A stretch of DNA of 63,766 bases, filler included, from Piptocephalis cylindrospora (lineage: Eukaryota): NCBI GenBank assembly GCA_003614145.1. It is 9 parts of 9 records of this genome, joined end to end, with 100 filler letters (N's around TTAATTAATTAA, not from the genome) between each part and the next. Parts side by side here need not be neighbours in the genome. Positions count along the whole stretch, not along the records: positions 1 to 7,038 come from KZ988235.1; positions 7,139 to 14,166 come from KZ988236.1; 7 more parts are not named here. One strand, given 5' to 3'. The stretch's first letter is position 1. Each line of letters begins with the position of its first letter. The notes beneath the pieces were generated by a model, which worked only from the letters and a program-made list of their open reading frames with translations, was not told where the DNA came from and did not search any database. Below, piece by piece: positions 1 to 11,648 of the stretch. Position numbers and translations under genes: made by a program.

Positions 1-537
1 CCCCACCTCCCCAGCCCCTCCTCGCCCCCAGCCAGTGACTCCTTGGAGATCAAAGGGAGGCCGGTTCCAGGAGTCAGGTCTTTTCAAGACAGAGAAATCC
101 ACTCCATCTCGGGTACGTTCATGTTCGTGTGTTTGTTGACTAGCCGTGAATGATCCCTCACCTTTCCTTTTTTTTAGATCCCGATTATGAGCCCATCCCT
201 CCTGCAATCGCCCAAGCAACCCTCGTCTTCCTTCCAGAACACAAAGCTATTCTCTCCAGGAAATTGGCTAAGAGGAACCCGCGGAAAGCGGTACATCATT
301 CGGGGCAAAGCAACCTCCACCCGGTCCACTGATCTTCCCACCTCTTCCGTAGAGGCCAAGCCAAGAAAGTGTCTTGTTCAATTTGACCTGGGGGAGAATG
401 AGTCTGTTGAGCTGGATGTTTATGCGAGTCCCAAGGAAATGGCTTCTCTGGATCCTCGTGTACAACGGGCTGTTCAGGCTAGACTAGAGGAGATTCGTGA
501 TACCCTCGCCCGGTTCCAAACTTCCTTTGATCGGTAA
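1..537 (+). CDS. 3' end of a hypothetical protein (5'-truncated by the contig edge; probable intron 113-177)
   Basis: GTACGT donor at 113 and TTTTTAG acceptor at 177; the ORF ends ...LEEIRDTLARFQTSFDR-stop at 537. No family recognised. Confidence 0.5.
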
Positions 538-681
538 CTCCTGTTCATAATGGATTGATCTTTACTGTATATGGATGGAAGACGGGATAGGGACAGAGAC
601 AGAGAGGAAGATATATTGTATACTCGTACTTTGAAATCGTCCACTCCTCTTCATACACTAAGAGCAGGCTGTTCTATTCCC

Positions 682-1801
682 TCATAGCTCACCTCCTGCC
701 TCATCCATGGCATCAAGTCTCGCAGACTCTCGGATGTAATCCTCGCTCTGCCACTCTGCCACATCAGAGGCGGTGGGGTCTTGTCGACGTTCGCGCTTGG
801 AAGCGCCCGATGAGGCGTCTCCCTCAGATTCCTGGGTCATGGAGATGCCCTTGTTTGGGGCCTTAAGTCTAAGCAAGGTCCGCTCCATCCATCGTTCACG
901 TGTGCTGTTGGACGAAACTTCTTTGGCATGGGAGATGTGTCGCTCGAGCTCCTGGGCCCTTCCGTCCACCCGATCAGCCCTGTAAGTTCATCGCAATGAA
1001 AGGCAGAGGGAGGATCGATGAATGAAGTTCCATGCATACTATGGAAAATTACTTACCATGCACGAAGGATGGAAAGTAATTCTCCTGTCTCTGGTAAGGA
1101 GATCTCCCGAGGAAGGCATTGGGTGAGGTAAAATTGCTGTCCATGCTGATCGAGCCGCCCCTTGACTAGTCCCTTCTCCATGGCCTCCACCATGACCTCT
1201 TCCAGTTCGTGAGTATCCGATAGGCCCATACACCTGGCCACCTCCTCATACCGTAGATTCTGTAAAGGGAGGAATTGATTAGTATATATATATCCCTGAT
1301 CAGATCACCCCACGTCTCCATATCCATTAACACCCTCGATCAGATGACACTACGTCTTACCGATCGATGTTTCCCAAGGTTAATTAGGGATAGCTGTCTT
1401 AACTTTCCAGCTAAGGGGGGTGTCAAGATGGGGTACTGGTCTTTCTCCTCTATGACCGAGAGATTCCATGAGTATAGCAAGAGAGATGAGTGCTAGGTCA
1501 ACTGTAAAATACGGGGAGTTTAAGGTCCTTGAGCCTTACTCAAATAGTCTTGGTAAGTCCCATGAGTAAATAGTATCAGTAGCCTCATCCATGAATCTCC
1601 TTGAGGATGATTGGACAAGCCCTGTACCTTGTTCTCTCGGAGCAACGGTCCATACAAGGCCAGACCTGGAATAGCCAGGGCGTCTCCCACTACCTTCACT
1701 ACATCCTCGACTTGGTCAGCCAAGGCAGCGCGATGGACAAACGGTTGTAGTAGAGAAAGTTGTTCACGATACGACCCCGAGGCAAAATCCAACTCTTGCA
1801 T
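682..1801 (-). CDS. CSN7: COP9 signalosome subunit 7-like PCI-domain protein (spliced)
   Basis: Exons read MQELDF...ALAIPGLALYGPLL...LLILFTHGTYQDYL / ...GKLRQLSLITLG / ELEEVMVEAMEKGLVKGRLDQ...LLSILRAW / ...ELERHISHAKE. This matches the CSN7 pattern (ALxxPG..FGELL, LFxxGTYxDY, KLRQLT, I.GkLDQ). GT-AG introns separate the exons. Confidence 0.8.
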
Positions 1802-2235
1802 GGTGAGCGATGATTGGGGATGGAGAGGATGGAGGATGGAAGAACGGAAGGGTGAGAGATGTAGCTCCCACAAGGACAAGCGTGTGTGCGTACGCGTGCA
1901 AGGCCCCATGAAGCGGGGATGAGATAGGAGCCCTGTGCAATGGGCAGACCCTGTCTACATCATGATAAACGCTGCTCCTCCCCATCCCTCTATTTGACAA
2001 TGCATGGTAGCCTCATAAGACAAAAGAACGATCGAGATATCATCCTGCATTACACCTTTCCTCACCCACCTCTCATCCATTCACCCATCTCTCCTCCATT
2101 CTCTCATCGTAGGGGAGGAGTACCAAGTAGGAGCGGGAAATGAAAAAAAGTTCTCACTTGCCACCTCCCCAAGCCCAGTCGGAAAGGATGCTTGTGGGGC
2201 CTCGAGAGGAGCCTGAAGCACCACGGGTCCGAGTC

Positions 2236-4866
2236 TTAAGAAAGGTACTGACAGACCCCACCCCATCTACCATCCCCCCCCATAACTGTGGAGACACTGG
2301 AGACAGAAACGGGTCGGATAATGGGAGCATCCTCGAGGAGATGGGCAAATTCACTTCGTCTCCTCGTCACCTCCCCCTGCTCCTCATAAGGCCCAGCTTC
2401 AAAAGTAGCCCGAGCTTCGCGTAATTCCCCGAGGATTCGCTCATGCAGGGATATTTGGGCATCTAGAAGGTCCATGGCCCCTTGTCGGTAATCTTCCACC
2501 CGATCCCCGTGATACCGATCCGACTCTGCAAGTGTGACGTTAAAGACAGTCTCACACCTGGATTTGATTTCCTCGGCATCAAAATCTTCATCCTTCCAGG
2601 CGATAGGATCTGCCTTGATCCCTCGACTATCGGATCCCTCATCCTCCTGGGTCAAGGGATCTTCCTCCTCGTTCTCATCCTCCTCCATATACCTGGTCAT
2701 CTCCTGATACTTGCGAAAAGCCCCACTATGCATCTCCACCAGGGGAGCCTGAGCCCCTGACATGCCCAATTGATCGCGCATCCCCTCGATCCACGGAAGA
2801 AACTGCTGCTCAATCTAAGGGATATAGGAGATGTTTCAGCCTCCCCTTTTCCATCCCGACACAAGTGTGAAGGGCGCCCGATGACTTACATGCTCCTCGT
2901 GAATGCCTCCAATGCGCACCATGCAATCTGCCGTACGTTGCAAGGCATTGGTCAGGCTCTGGCACTCTGTCCCTCGGCCACGAGACCCCGAGTGCATGGA
3001 TTAAGTAGAAATACTGTGATAACGAGAGCTACCCCGCTCATCCCTTTTCCTTACCGGTACACCCATCCCTCCAGCACCAAATGCCCTCTTCGGTCAGCAA
3101 GTGTTCCTCATCCTCAGAAGATCCAGAAATGAGTCTCAGTAGGCCCATTCCGAGCTTACGATACCTTTGCTTACTCTCTAGAGGATGCACGATTAGGGAT
3201 GATATCACGATTTGCCCTTCCGCCCCCTAGTTTCCTCATCTCATCCTACCAAGCAATCCCTCTTTATAGGCGTGAGCGCTATCGGTAAAGGTGGGTAGGT
3301 ATCTATCAATAGCCCGAGTAAAGGCGTGGAAGCGATCCATCTTTTCCTTGTCTCTGCGAATATGGAAGACAGGAGGAGAGGGGAAGGTGAGGCTCGATGC
3401 ATTTTGCATATCCCTCGTCCCCCAATAGCGGTATATAACCCTCTCTTTTCTCCTTACCCATCCTCTTGATCCACGTTGAACTCTGCATGGTAGACGTGTT
3501 CAAAAAACTTGGAACCTTGAATGGAATCACCCTCAAAGTATTTTTCCTTTCTCCTCCACTCCTGATGGGACCTGAGTGAGCAAACCAAGGGACAAATGAC
3601 CCCTCTTCGCTTTACTCACCGTCTCGTCATCACAGCTTAGAAAATGAGTCAAGATCTCAGAGTATCGAATAATGGGATGACGGGCCACTCGATTGATGTA
3701 TCGTTCTAGGGCCCTTCGACGCCTTTCGATGAATTCTTCATTGAATCGGCCAGAGAATTGCTTTTCAGGCAATGAGGGAAGGATCAAGGCGGAGAACTTT
3801 GTGGCGAGCCTGGAATGAAGCCAGGTAAATTGACTAAACCTCCTCTCCACTGTCACTTGAACATCCTCAGTGAACTGTGCGGATGTGATGGATGAGCATT
3901 AAAGGAAATATCCCTTTAAGCTCTCCGCCATCTTACCTCACTAGTGAGATGAAAGATGGTATACTCTTGCATCCCTCCCATCTTGGTCCTTCGTTCTGGA
4001 TCATGAACATAAACGTAGAATCTAGGAGCCTTGGACTTCCAGCTGGGTCCTTCCTGTAGGTGAGGTGCAGCGTTTTGTTAGAGTATGAGCCATCCCCTTC
4101 CTTAATCTGCAGCAGAAGCTCAGTCAAAGAGCCTTACTTCAACATGATGCTTGTCAGACTCGGTTATATCGGTGGGGTCTCCTAAGTTATCCCCCAGATC
4201 ATCTTGATCTTCTGGGGTAAGTAGGGAGGGCTTGGGAGCAAGGTGTTTGGCCAGGATAAACTCCTCGGCGCCGGAAGTGACGTAATAGGAGAAACGATTC
4301 AGTTGACGCTTGGCCAGGAGGGCATTACTCGAACCTGTGGTCCCCAGACTGCGAATGGATCCTGTGGTGGAGAAACCCGTTGGCGTACGATTAGGCAATC
4401 CTCCGGTGGGAAATGAGGCATCATGCTCTGTAGGCCGAGACCCCATGAAGGATCTTCCCAGGGAGGATACGGGGGATTGAAAGGGGGGACTGGGTCTATG
4501 GGGACTTGGGGGGCGGCCGAGAAGCTGGCCTTCTCCGTATGAAAGATAAGACTCCGGGACGAGACCACACACGCCATCCTTCTCAGCGAGCCACCAGCCC
4601 TCAGCCACCCTTTCCCTTACTACCGTGAGAATGTCCCCTTCGGTGAAAGAGAGTTCATCGTACTCGGTATACCCGGCAAAGGTAAATAGAGCCTTGACAG
4701 TCCTTGGAGGCAGGGTTGTGGCTGACTTGGAGGAAGTCGGGGGCTTGGAAGTGGTTGACAGTATGGAAGAGGCAGAAAAATCGGAAGTAGTGGGGCTGGC
4801 TGTGACCGTGGTGGCGGATGCCTCCGGAGGAGGGGACGAGACCATAGCAGGAGGAGGATCAGTCAT
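2236..4866 (-). CDS. SH3-PX-BAR sorting nexin (SNX9/18/33 type), multi-exon; C-terminus probably affected by a homopolymer frameshift (alternative stop at 2154)
   Basis: SH3: VKALFTFAG...ELSFTEGD...EGWWLAEKDGVCGLVPESYL. Yoke-like segment RQLNRFSYYVTSGAEEFIL and GPSWKSKAPRFYVYVHDPERRTKMGGMQEY. PX: VERRFSQFTWLHSRL...LPSLPEKQFSGRFNEEFIERRRRAL...HP. Helical BAR-like C-terminal half. Confidence 0.85.
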
Positions 4867-5437
4867 GGTCGTGATGGGATGGGGAAGGGAGATGGGAAAG
4901 AAGAGGCTGGAGCTGGCTCACACACTCAGATTCGCTTATGCTTTTATACAACCAGGCTCAGTCCCCCTGAATACGCTCGGCAGAAGCGAGAGACATGCGG
5001 TCGGAGGGGTCACGCGATCCGATGGACGCGCGACGACGGGTGCATGGACAAACCCCAGCCCGGTCCCAAGGGGTGGCTGAGTTGAACAAGGCATTTGGGC
5101 TCCGACCAGCCGAGGATTGAAGCAGCTTTTTTAGATGGGCCTTTGTATCGACGATCCGGTCAGGGTATTTAATGAGTGTATCATTACTACTCTTATTCAA
5201 ATGGTTATATCTCTTATGTAGGGCGGCTCATCGCGAATAGACTCTGGTTCCATGTTGAGTGGGATAGATGGGATCAACTAGATCCATAGCGGATTCTCCT
5301 TTGTGAAATTCTATTTAAATCTAGACTAGACTACATGGAGAGACATGGCCAGTCCATCGACCTCACCAAACATATATTTACAAAAAAAAGCCCGCCTTCC
5401 TCCTAATCATCCCTCCAACTTCAGTGTGACACCATCA

Positions 5438-6022
5438 TCAAGGAGGCACCTCACCCTCCTCTCTGTCCATACCAGTAGTCTCCGGTGTCTCCATCTCCCG
5501 GGGTGGATGGCGCAAAGGAAACGAGCTTTCGATCATAATAGTCCCACCCTCCTCTTTCTCAACCTCTTCCATCACCTCTTCGTCCTCCAGAGTAATAACC
5601 CCTACGGACTGAGCGCCCTCGGCGACACTCTTGCGAAACAGGGCGTAGAGCTCCTGTCGTTCTAGGTGAAGCGTATCAATCTTCCGTTGGAGCTCATCGT
5701 CACTCCAATCCTCCGGATTCTGGTTCTTTTTTTGCGTGTATGAGGGCGGTATCCCGGAGGCATTTTCGGTAGTGTCATCCCCAGACTCAATGATTAGGTC
5801 CTCTTGGTCCTCTGATATTTCCCCACTCTGCTCCTTTGGTGTTGTGTCCGCAATGTCTGGAGTAGAGGAATCATCGGTCCTGACCTTTTCTTCCTCCTTT
5901 TCACTCTCTATTTCACGCCTCCGCTTCTTTTCTGTCTCGACCTTGGCCCTGACGCGCCCGAGTAGACCGTTGTGTGCGTCCATGTCGATGGGGAACACCC
6001 GTTGGGGATATTGAGAAGACAT
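5438..6022 (-). CDS. Acidic coiled-coil protein, 194 aa (weak GPS2-like pattern)
   Basis: Intronless ATG ORF with a charged N-terminal helix and the heptad segment LQRKIDTLHLERQELYALFRKSVAE. Confidence 0.6.
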   Translation of the reverse strand: MSSQYPQRVFPIDMDAHNGLLGRVRAKVETEKKRRREIESEKEEEKVRTDDSSTPDIADTTPKEQSGEISEDQEDLIIESGDDTTENASGIPPSYTQKKNQNPEDWSDDELQRKIDTLHLERQELYALFRKSVAEGAQSVGVITLEDEEVMEEVEKEEGGTIMIESSFPLRHPPREMETPETTGMDREEGEVPP

Positions 6023-6847
6023 GTCGCGTTTATATGAGGAAGATATAAAGAGGTGGTGTGTGAAGAAGCAAGGAGGGATAACAACAGTTTACCTGGGGTC
6101 GTGTACGTTGAAAAGACAGGAGCGAGAGTGAAGAGAGAGTAGGAGGAGCGGTACAGTCTCTCAGCAAGGGAATTCTCCACATGCCATTTTTATACCGTCT
6201 ATGGTGTGACCTGCCACATCCTATTCCCCACTGCTTAGAGTCATTCAATGCCCAATCCCTCACCTAGACACACACATGCTCACATATACTCACATAACTA
6301 TCATTCCCAACAAACATATCCTGATATCAAAACGAAAAAGCCTCTTAATCCTTGGATGGCGCACCATACACACACAGCTACATGGACATCCTCTGCTTAC
6401 ACGAAAGAAGCTTCTCCCCTCTGTCTCTGTCTCCTCAATCCCCCCTCCCCGATGACCTCATTCATACCGAGAGGCCATACACAGTGACAATGGCATGAAG
6501 AGTGTCATTATCATACCGATAAATGGCGCACCCATCGGTCCCGCTATCCCAATAGCAGGATGTGGAGGTGTGAAGACCAACATCATTCTTTTGGAGGATA
6601 AGGCATGTTACTACGCATAATGCCGAAGGAAAGGATGGGTAAAGGTCGAGTGAGTATAAAAGGGGAAGACCCGACCTTGTTCACCCAGATACATAGCCTA
6701 CCAATGTACTTGTAGGGTCGACGAAGGGCCGCGAGGGCTTTAAGACTCCTCTCCACCACCGTGCCATTCCACCCAGAAACATTGTTGTGAAGGTAAGCTA
6801 CATCCTTGAGAACCTTTTCTGTTTCCTACAAAGTAAAGAGGCGTGAG

Positions 6848-6950
6848 AGGGGGGGGGGGGGGGGTTTTTCTAAAAAGGGGGGGGCCGCCCCATAATTTCC
6901 TCCCCTTTTTTAAATTGCGGTGTGTTTAAAAAAGGGGGGGGTGGGGTTTT
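6848..6950. other. Low-complexity homopolymer-rich stretch, probably low-quality contig-end sequence
   Basis: A long G run followed by alternating T/A/G/C runs, close to the contig end. Confidence 0.6.
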
Positions 6951-7038
6951 CTGTATTCCAATATATCCCTTGTGGCGTAAAAAATGTTCCTGGACGTTTT
7001 GGCCAGGGACCATAGGTCATTAGTCGACAAGCGGATGA

Positions 7039-7138
7039 NNNNNNNNNNNNNNNNNNNNNNNNNNNNNNNNNNNNNNNNNNNNTTAATTAATTAANNNNNN
7101 NNNNNNNNNNNNNNNNNNNNNNNNNNNNNNNNNNNNNN
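7039..7138. other. Artificial contig linker
   Basis: N44-TTAATTAATTAA-N44 (stops in all frames). Confidence 0.99.
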
Positions 7139-7572
7139 CCCCCCTGACTTTTTCTAAAACCCTTGCCCTCCTAGTATCATCCTCATCTTCCCGTGGCCTT
7201 CATATCAAGTCATCCCTTCGCCCCCTCGATTTATCCCGTATCCTCTTTTCATACATCTAGCCCCTTACGCATCCTGGAATCCACTTTCCCTCCCAAAAAG
7301 TGCCCCATCTCTCCCCATTGCCTCCTCTTTTTCCTCCTCCTCACCTGCCCTGTCATCCCCGCCCAGTATTATCTACCTGGATCCTCAAGGCATCACCCCT
7401 CTCCCTTCCTCGTCGTTCTTTTAAATTCGCTGAGACCCTCCTTATCACCCGTGGCTCCCAGTGATCTATCATTTTAACTACTTGATCCTGTCTCCAAGAA
7501 CAGACATCCCTGCAAGCCAGACTTTGATTTTTCGCCTCTACCCGTTTCCCTATCTTGCCCCGTCTCTACAGT

Positions 7573-10500
7573 ATGACGACCGATGTACATGCCGATAAGA
7601 GTGGTAAGCAAGCCATGCCTAACCCCCCCCCCTTTTTTTCTTTAACATGGTTATCCATTGTCCATTATCCACTATGTCTTTCCTCTTTCCCGCTCTCTAC
7701 TCTTTATCCCCATCCATTCCACCTCTCCCCTGTAATATCCGCTCTGACGAAGCATCCTGTTGGTTGGCTTATGTCGGAGTTGCAGTGCCGTGTGTTTATC
7801 TTGATTTGAATTATGGCTTGGGCCACACACACCTCCTCTCCACCACTGCCTTGCCACCTACCCCTCTTTGCTTCCCCTGACACTTTGACCCCTTCTCCCC
7901 CTTACCCCATTCCTATCGCAATCATTTGGTTCCCTCCCACCTTACTAATCGCTCCTACCTCCTCTCCTCTTTATACCGCCCTTGTAGATCCTACTCTTAG
8001 CATAGGCCCTACTGATCACAAGGATGAGAAAGGGAACCTCCAGGTTGAAGAGCAGGTCCATGTAGACATGGGTGACGATATCTCCCCAGAATTAGAGAAG
8101 CTTCTGGGCACAGATTTTCGCACCGGACTCACCACCGCGGAGGCCGAGGAGCGCTTCAATGAGTTTGGGCCCAATCGTAAGACACACTGTTCTCCAGGAT
8201 AGCCAAACCTCTTGCTCACGTATCCCTCCTGTTCACCCATAGAAATTTCTGAGGTCAAAGGGAACAAATTTCTCAAGTTCCTCTCCTACTTTACCGGCGC
8301 CATTGCCTATCTCATCGAGATTGCCGCCATTCTCTCGGGTGTTGTTCAGGATTGGGTAAGGACATTGGTTCCGGCTGGGATAGGCCCGTTTTCCTTTTAT
8401 CCCCTCCTCTTATCTAACGCTACCCCCTCTATATTCCCCTAATTTCCCTATTAGCTCGATTTCGGTATCATTGTGGGTCTTCTATTTGTAAATGCCCTGA
8501 TTGGCTTTATCGAAGAGGCTCGGGCTGAATTGGCTCTGGACGCCCTCAAGCAGACTCTGGCCTTGAAAACCCGAGTATGGAGGAACAAAGAGCTTGTTGA
8601 GCTCGATACAGCTGAATTGGTTCCTGGTGACATTGTAGTCCTTCGACTCGGTGATATCGTTCCCGCAGATTGTCGCCTCCTAGGCGTTGGCGTAACTGGT
8701 GAGGAGACGGAGGGAGAGTTACAGATTGATCAATCTGCCCTGACCGGCGAATCCCTGCCATTGTCCAAGGGGAAGGGTGGTACCGCATACTCCTCCTCGG
8801 TGGTTAAGCAAGGACAGATGCTCGGAGTTGTCACCAAGACCGGGCCCCGTACCTTCATTGGTCGTGCCGCCAACCTCATGGCCATTACCGTGGAGCAAGG
8901 GCATTTCCAGAAGATTGTCAACCACATTGGTAATTTCCTCGTCGTTATCACCGTCGTCATTGTCGTCATTATTTTTGTTGTCAAATTGGTCAAGGCTCAG
9001 GGCCGTGGTGTTCTCGATATCATCCGTGATGTGCTGGTCCTCACTGTGGCCGCCATCCCTGTCGGTCTCCCCACCGTCCTTTCCGTCACCATGGCCGTGG
9101 GGGCTAAGCAACTGGCGAGGAAGGAGGTGATCATCAAGAGGCTGACAGCCGTGGAAGAAATGGCTTCCATCTCCGTCTTGTGTTCTGACAAGACTGGTAC
9201 TTTAACCCTGAACGAACTCACTTTTGATGATCCCTACCTGTGTGATTCCTATACTGCTGAAGACATCCTCCTCTACTCCTATCTGGCCTCTGAACCCGGT
9301 GCCAAGGATCCTATTGAGATGGCCGTTCGGGCCGCTGCCCAGGACCAGGTACCTATATTGAAGAACCTTCCTCGGGATCAGGAGCACTCTGTACCAGGAT
9401 ACCATGTCACTTCATTTACCCCATTTAACCCAGATACCAAACTGACCCAAGCTACGGTCAGGGAGGAGGGTGAATCTGAGACGGTGTTCAGGGTGGCCAA
9501 GGGCGCTCCTCAGGTCATTGTCTCCCTTGTGGGAGGCGATGATGATGCAGTGACTGCGGTCAATGCCCTTGCTCGTCGTGGGCTTCGGGCTCTGGGCGTG
9601 GCCCGAACCCGGCCTGGGAAGGATGGGGAAGATGTGTGGGAGTTGATTGGTATGATTTCCCTCCTGGATCCCCCTAGGCCCGATTCCGCTGAGACCATCC
9701 GGAGGTGTAGCGACATGGGCGTGGAGGTCAAGATGATTACCGGTGATCAAATGATCATCGGGAAGGAGGTGGCTCGTCGTCTTGGGATGAACACATGTAT
9801 TCTCGACGCTGGGAAGCTTATTGATCCCGATGCCACGGAGGAAGAGATCGTAAGGAGGTGTGAGCATGCCGATGGCTTTGCTCAAGTGGTGCCCGAGCAC
9901 AAGTTCAAAGTAGTAGAATTGTTGCAGAATAAGGGGTATCTTGTAGGTATGACCGGCGACGGAGTCAATGATGCCCCTGCGCTGAAGAAGGCCAATGTTG
10001 GGATCGCCGTCCATGGATGCACTGATGCCGCTAGGTCCGCTTCCGACATTGTTCTCCTTGCCCCAGGTCTCTCGACTATTGTAGATGGCATTACCACCTC
10101 CCGGGCCATCTTCCAGCGCATGCGCTCCTACGCCCTTTACCGCATTACCTCGACCATCCACTTCCTCATCTTTTTCTTCATCATCATCCTTGTTGAGGAT
10201 TGGTCCCTCCCGGCCATTCTGCTCATCTTCATTGCTCTCCTTAATGACGCTGCCACCTTGGTCATTTCCGTGGACAATGCTCAGATCTCGGAAAAGCCGG
10301 ATAAGTGGAGGCTAGGCCAGCTCATCTCACTTTCCTTTATTCTGGGTCTTCTGCTCACCGCAATGTCATTTGCCCACTTTTACATTGCCCGAGATGTCAT
10401 TGGGGTAACAGACGAGCAGTTGCATACGGTCATGTACCTTCACATCTCCTCCTGTCCCCACTTTGTCATTTTCTCCACTCGACTTCAAGGATACTTTTGG

Positions 10501-10893
10501 ACCAACCTGCCCTCCTTCACCTTTTTCCTCGCGGTCATGGGTACCCAGGTCTTTGCCATGTTCATTTCCATCTATGGAGTCCCTAACCTTACCACGGCCA
10601 TCGGATGGCCCCTTGGGGTGGGCATCATCGCCGTGTCTCTGCTCTACTTTGTTGTCCTAGACTTTGTCAAGGTGCAAGTCATGCGTCGGTGGTCTTTTGA
10701 GCTTACTGCCCGAGTTTTCCCCGTTCCATCCAGGAGGCGAAAGTTGGCAGACCGTAAGGCCCGTGCCCTAGTAGTTACCAGGGTTACCCGAAACATCGAT
10801 CGGGTCCGTGATGTTGTCCGGATGCAGGGGGTTATCCACGCCTTCAAGAACTACAAGAACTTTGTTCTGGCTGAGAAAAAGTTGGTTGAGTAG
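7573..10893 (+). CDS. PMA1: Plasma-membrane H+-ATPase (P3A P-type); exons 7573-7603, 7988-8176, 8243-8355, 8455-10893
   Basis: IDQSALTGES, AIPVGLPTV, CSDKTGTLT (phospho-Asp), KGAP, DPPR, TGDGVNDAPALKKA. All three GT-AG junctions keep the frame. Confidence 0.95.
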
Positions 10894-11141
10894 GCCAGTG
10901 ATGGAAAAGGGGTAAAATTGGACATGGTAATGTCCTGTTGTTGGTTTTTTTTGTAGAGTTGTTGCTAGTATGCGCATTGGCACTCTGGAAAAGTGGGATG
11001 TGGGAGGATGGATGAGCGATTTGGGACTGGGATCGAGGATGGGTTGCATACTATGATTTTATTGTCTGGCTGGGTGGTCTTAACAACAGCAAAGCACAGT
11101 TTGTTTCCCCCCATCTCCCATTGAATTTTACGAATTATGCG

Positions 11142-11648
11142 CTACTTACTCAGGGTTTGGGCGAGAGAGTGGATGTGATGGGTGAACCGATCAACCTGAG
11201 ACTCAATCTGGCGCCACTCTTGTCTTAAGTAAGAGTCCGATGCAGGAACATGACAGTTGGTGGATGGAGCGAGGAGGATGTAGGAATGATCCCTTCTTAC
11301 CGTCTCTGAATGCTCATCAAGGAGCTCTTTGATCTCCTGAAGTTGCCATAGTATCAAAGTTCCGGCAATTCCCTCGGGCAGATAGGGTATGGGATGAGCA
11401 GAGTCATCTGTCTCAAGGATAGGAAGAGCACTGATATGTTCATCCCCTACGGCTATACATTCACGCATCCGCTGGATGGTGAGGGCCAAGGAAAGACGGC
11501 ATTCTTGGGAAACACGCCTGAATGGACTGGGAAATCCGGGAGGACGATCACGCCGTGCAAGGAAATAATGGGCCACAAACGTCCCGGCTAAAACGGGGAT
11601 GGCGATGATACCTAGGGAAATAGGAGCTTTGAGAAGTGTAGAATGCAT
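11142..11648 (-). CDS. Hypothetical protein with an N-terminal transmembrane anchor, 168 aa
   Basis: ATG ORF; hydrophobic LGIIAIPVLAGTFVAHYFL followed by basic ARRDR, then a helical soluble region. Confidence 0.6.
   Translation of the reverse strand: MHSTLLKAPISLGIIAIPVLAGTFVAHYFLARRDRPPGFPSPFRRVSQECRLSLALTIQRMRECIAVGDEHISALPILETDDSAHPIPYLPEGIAGTLILWQLQEIKELLDEHSETVRRDHSYILLAPSTNCHVPASDSYLRQEWRQIESQVDRFTHHIHSLAQTLSK

Noticed and set aside
4958..5200. 80-aa ORF upstream of the sorting nexin
   Set aside because: Non-ATG start, no recognisable motif, and it lies in the probable promoter region.
6848..6950. G-quadruplex or telomere-like tract
   Set aside because: Irregular homopolymer runs near a contig end with no consistent unit; typical of poor-quality sequence.
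7083..7094. TTAATTAATTAA recurring about every 7 kb as a possible repeat array
   Set aside because: Always flanked by 44 Ns on each side; it is a synthetic stop linker.
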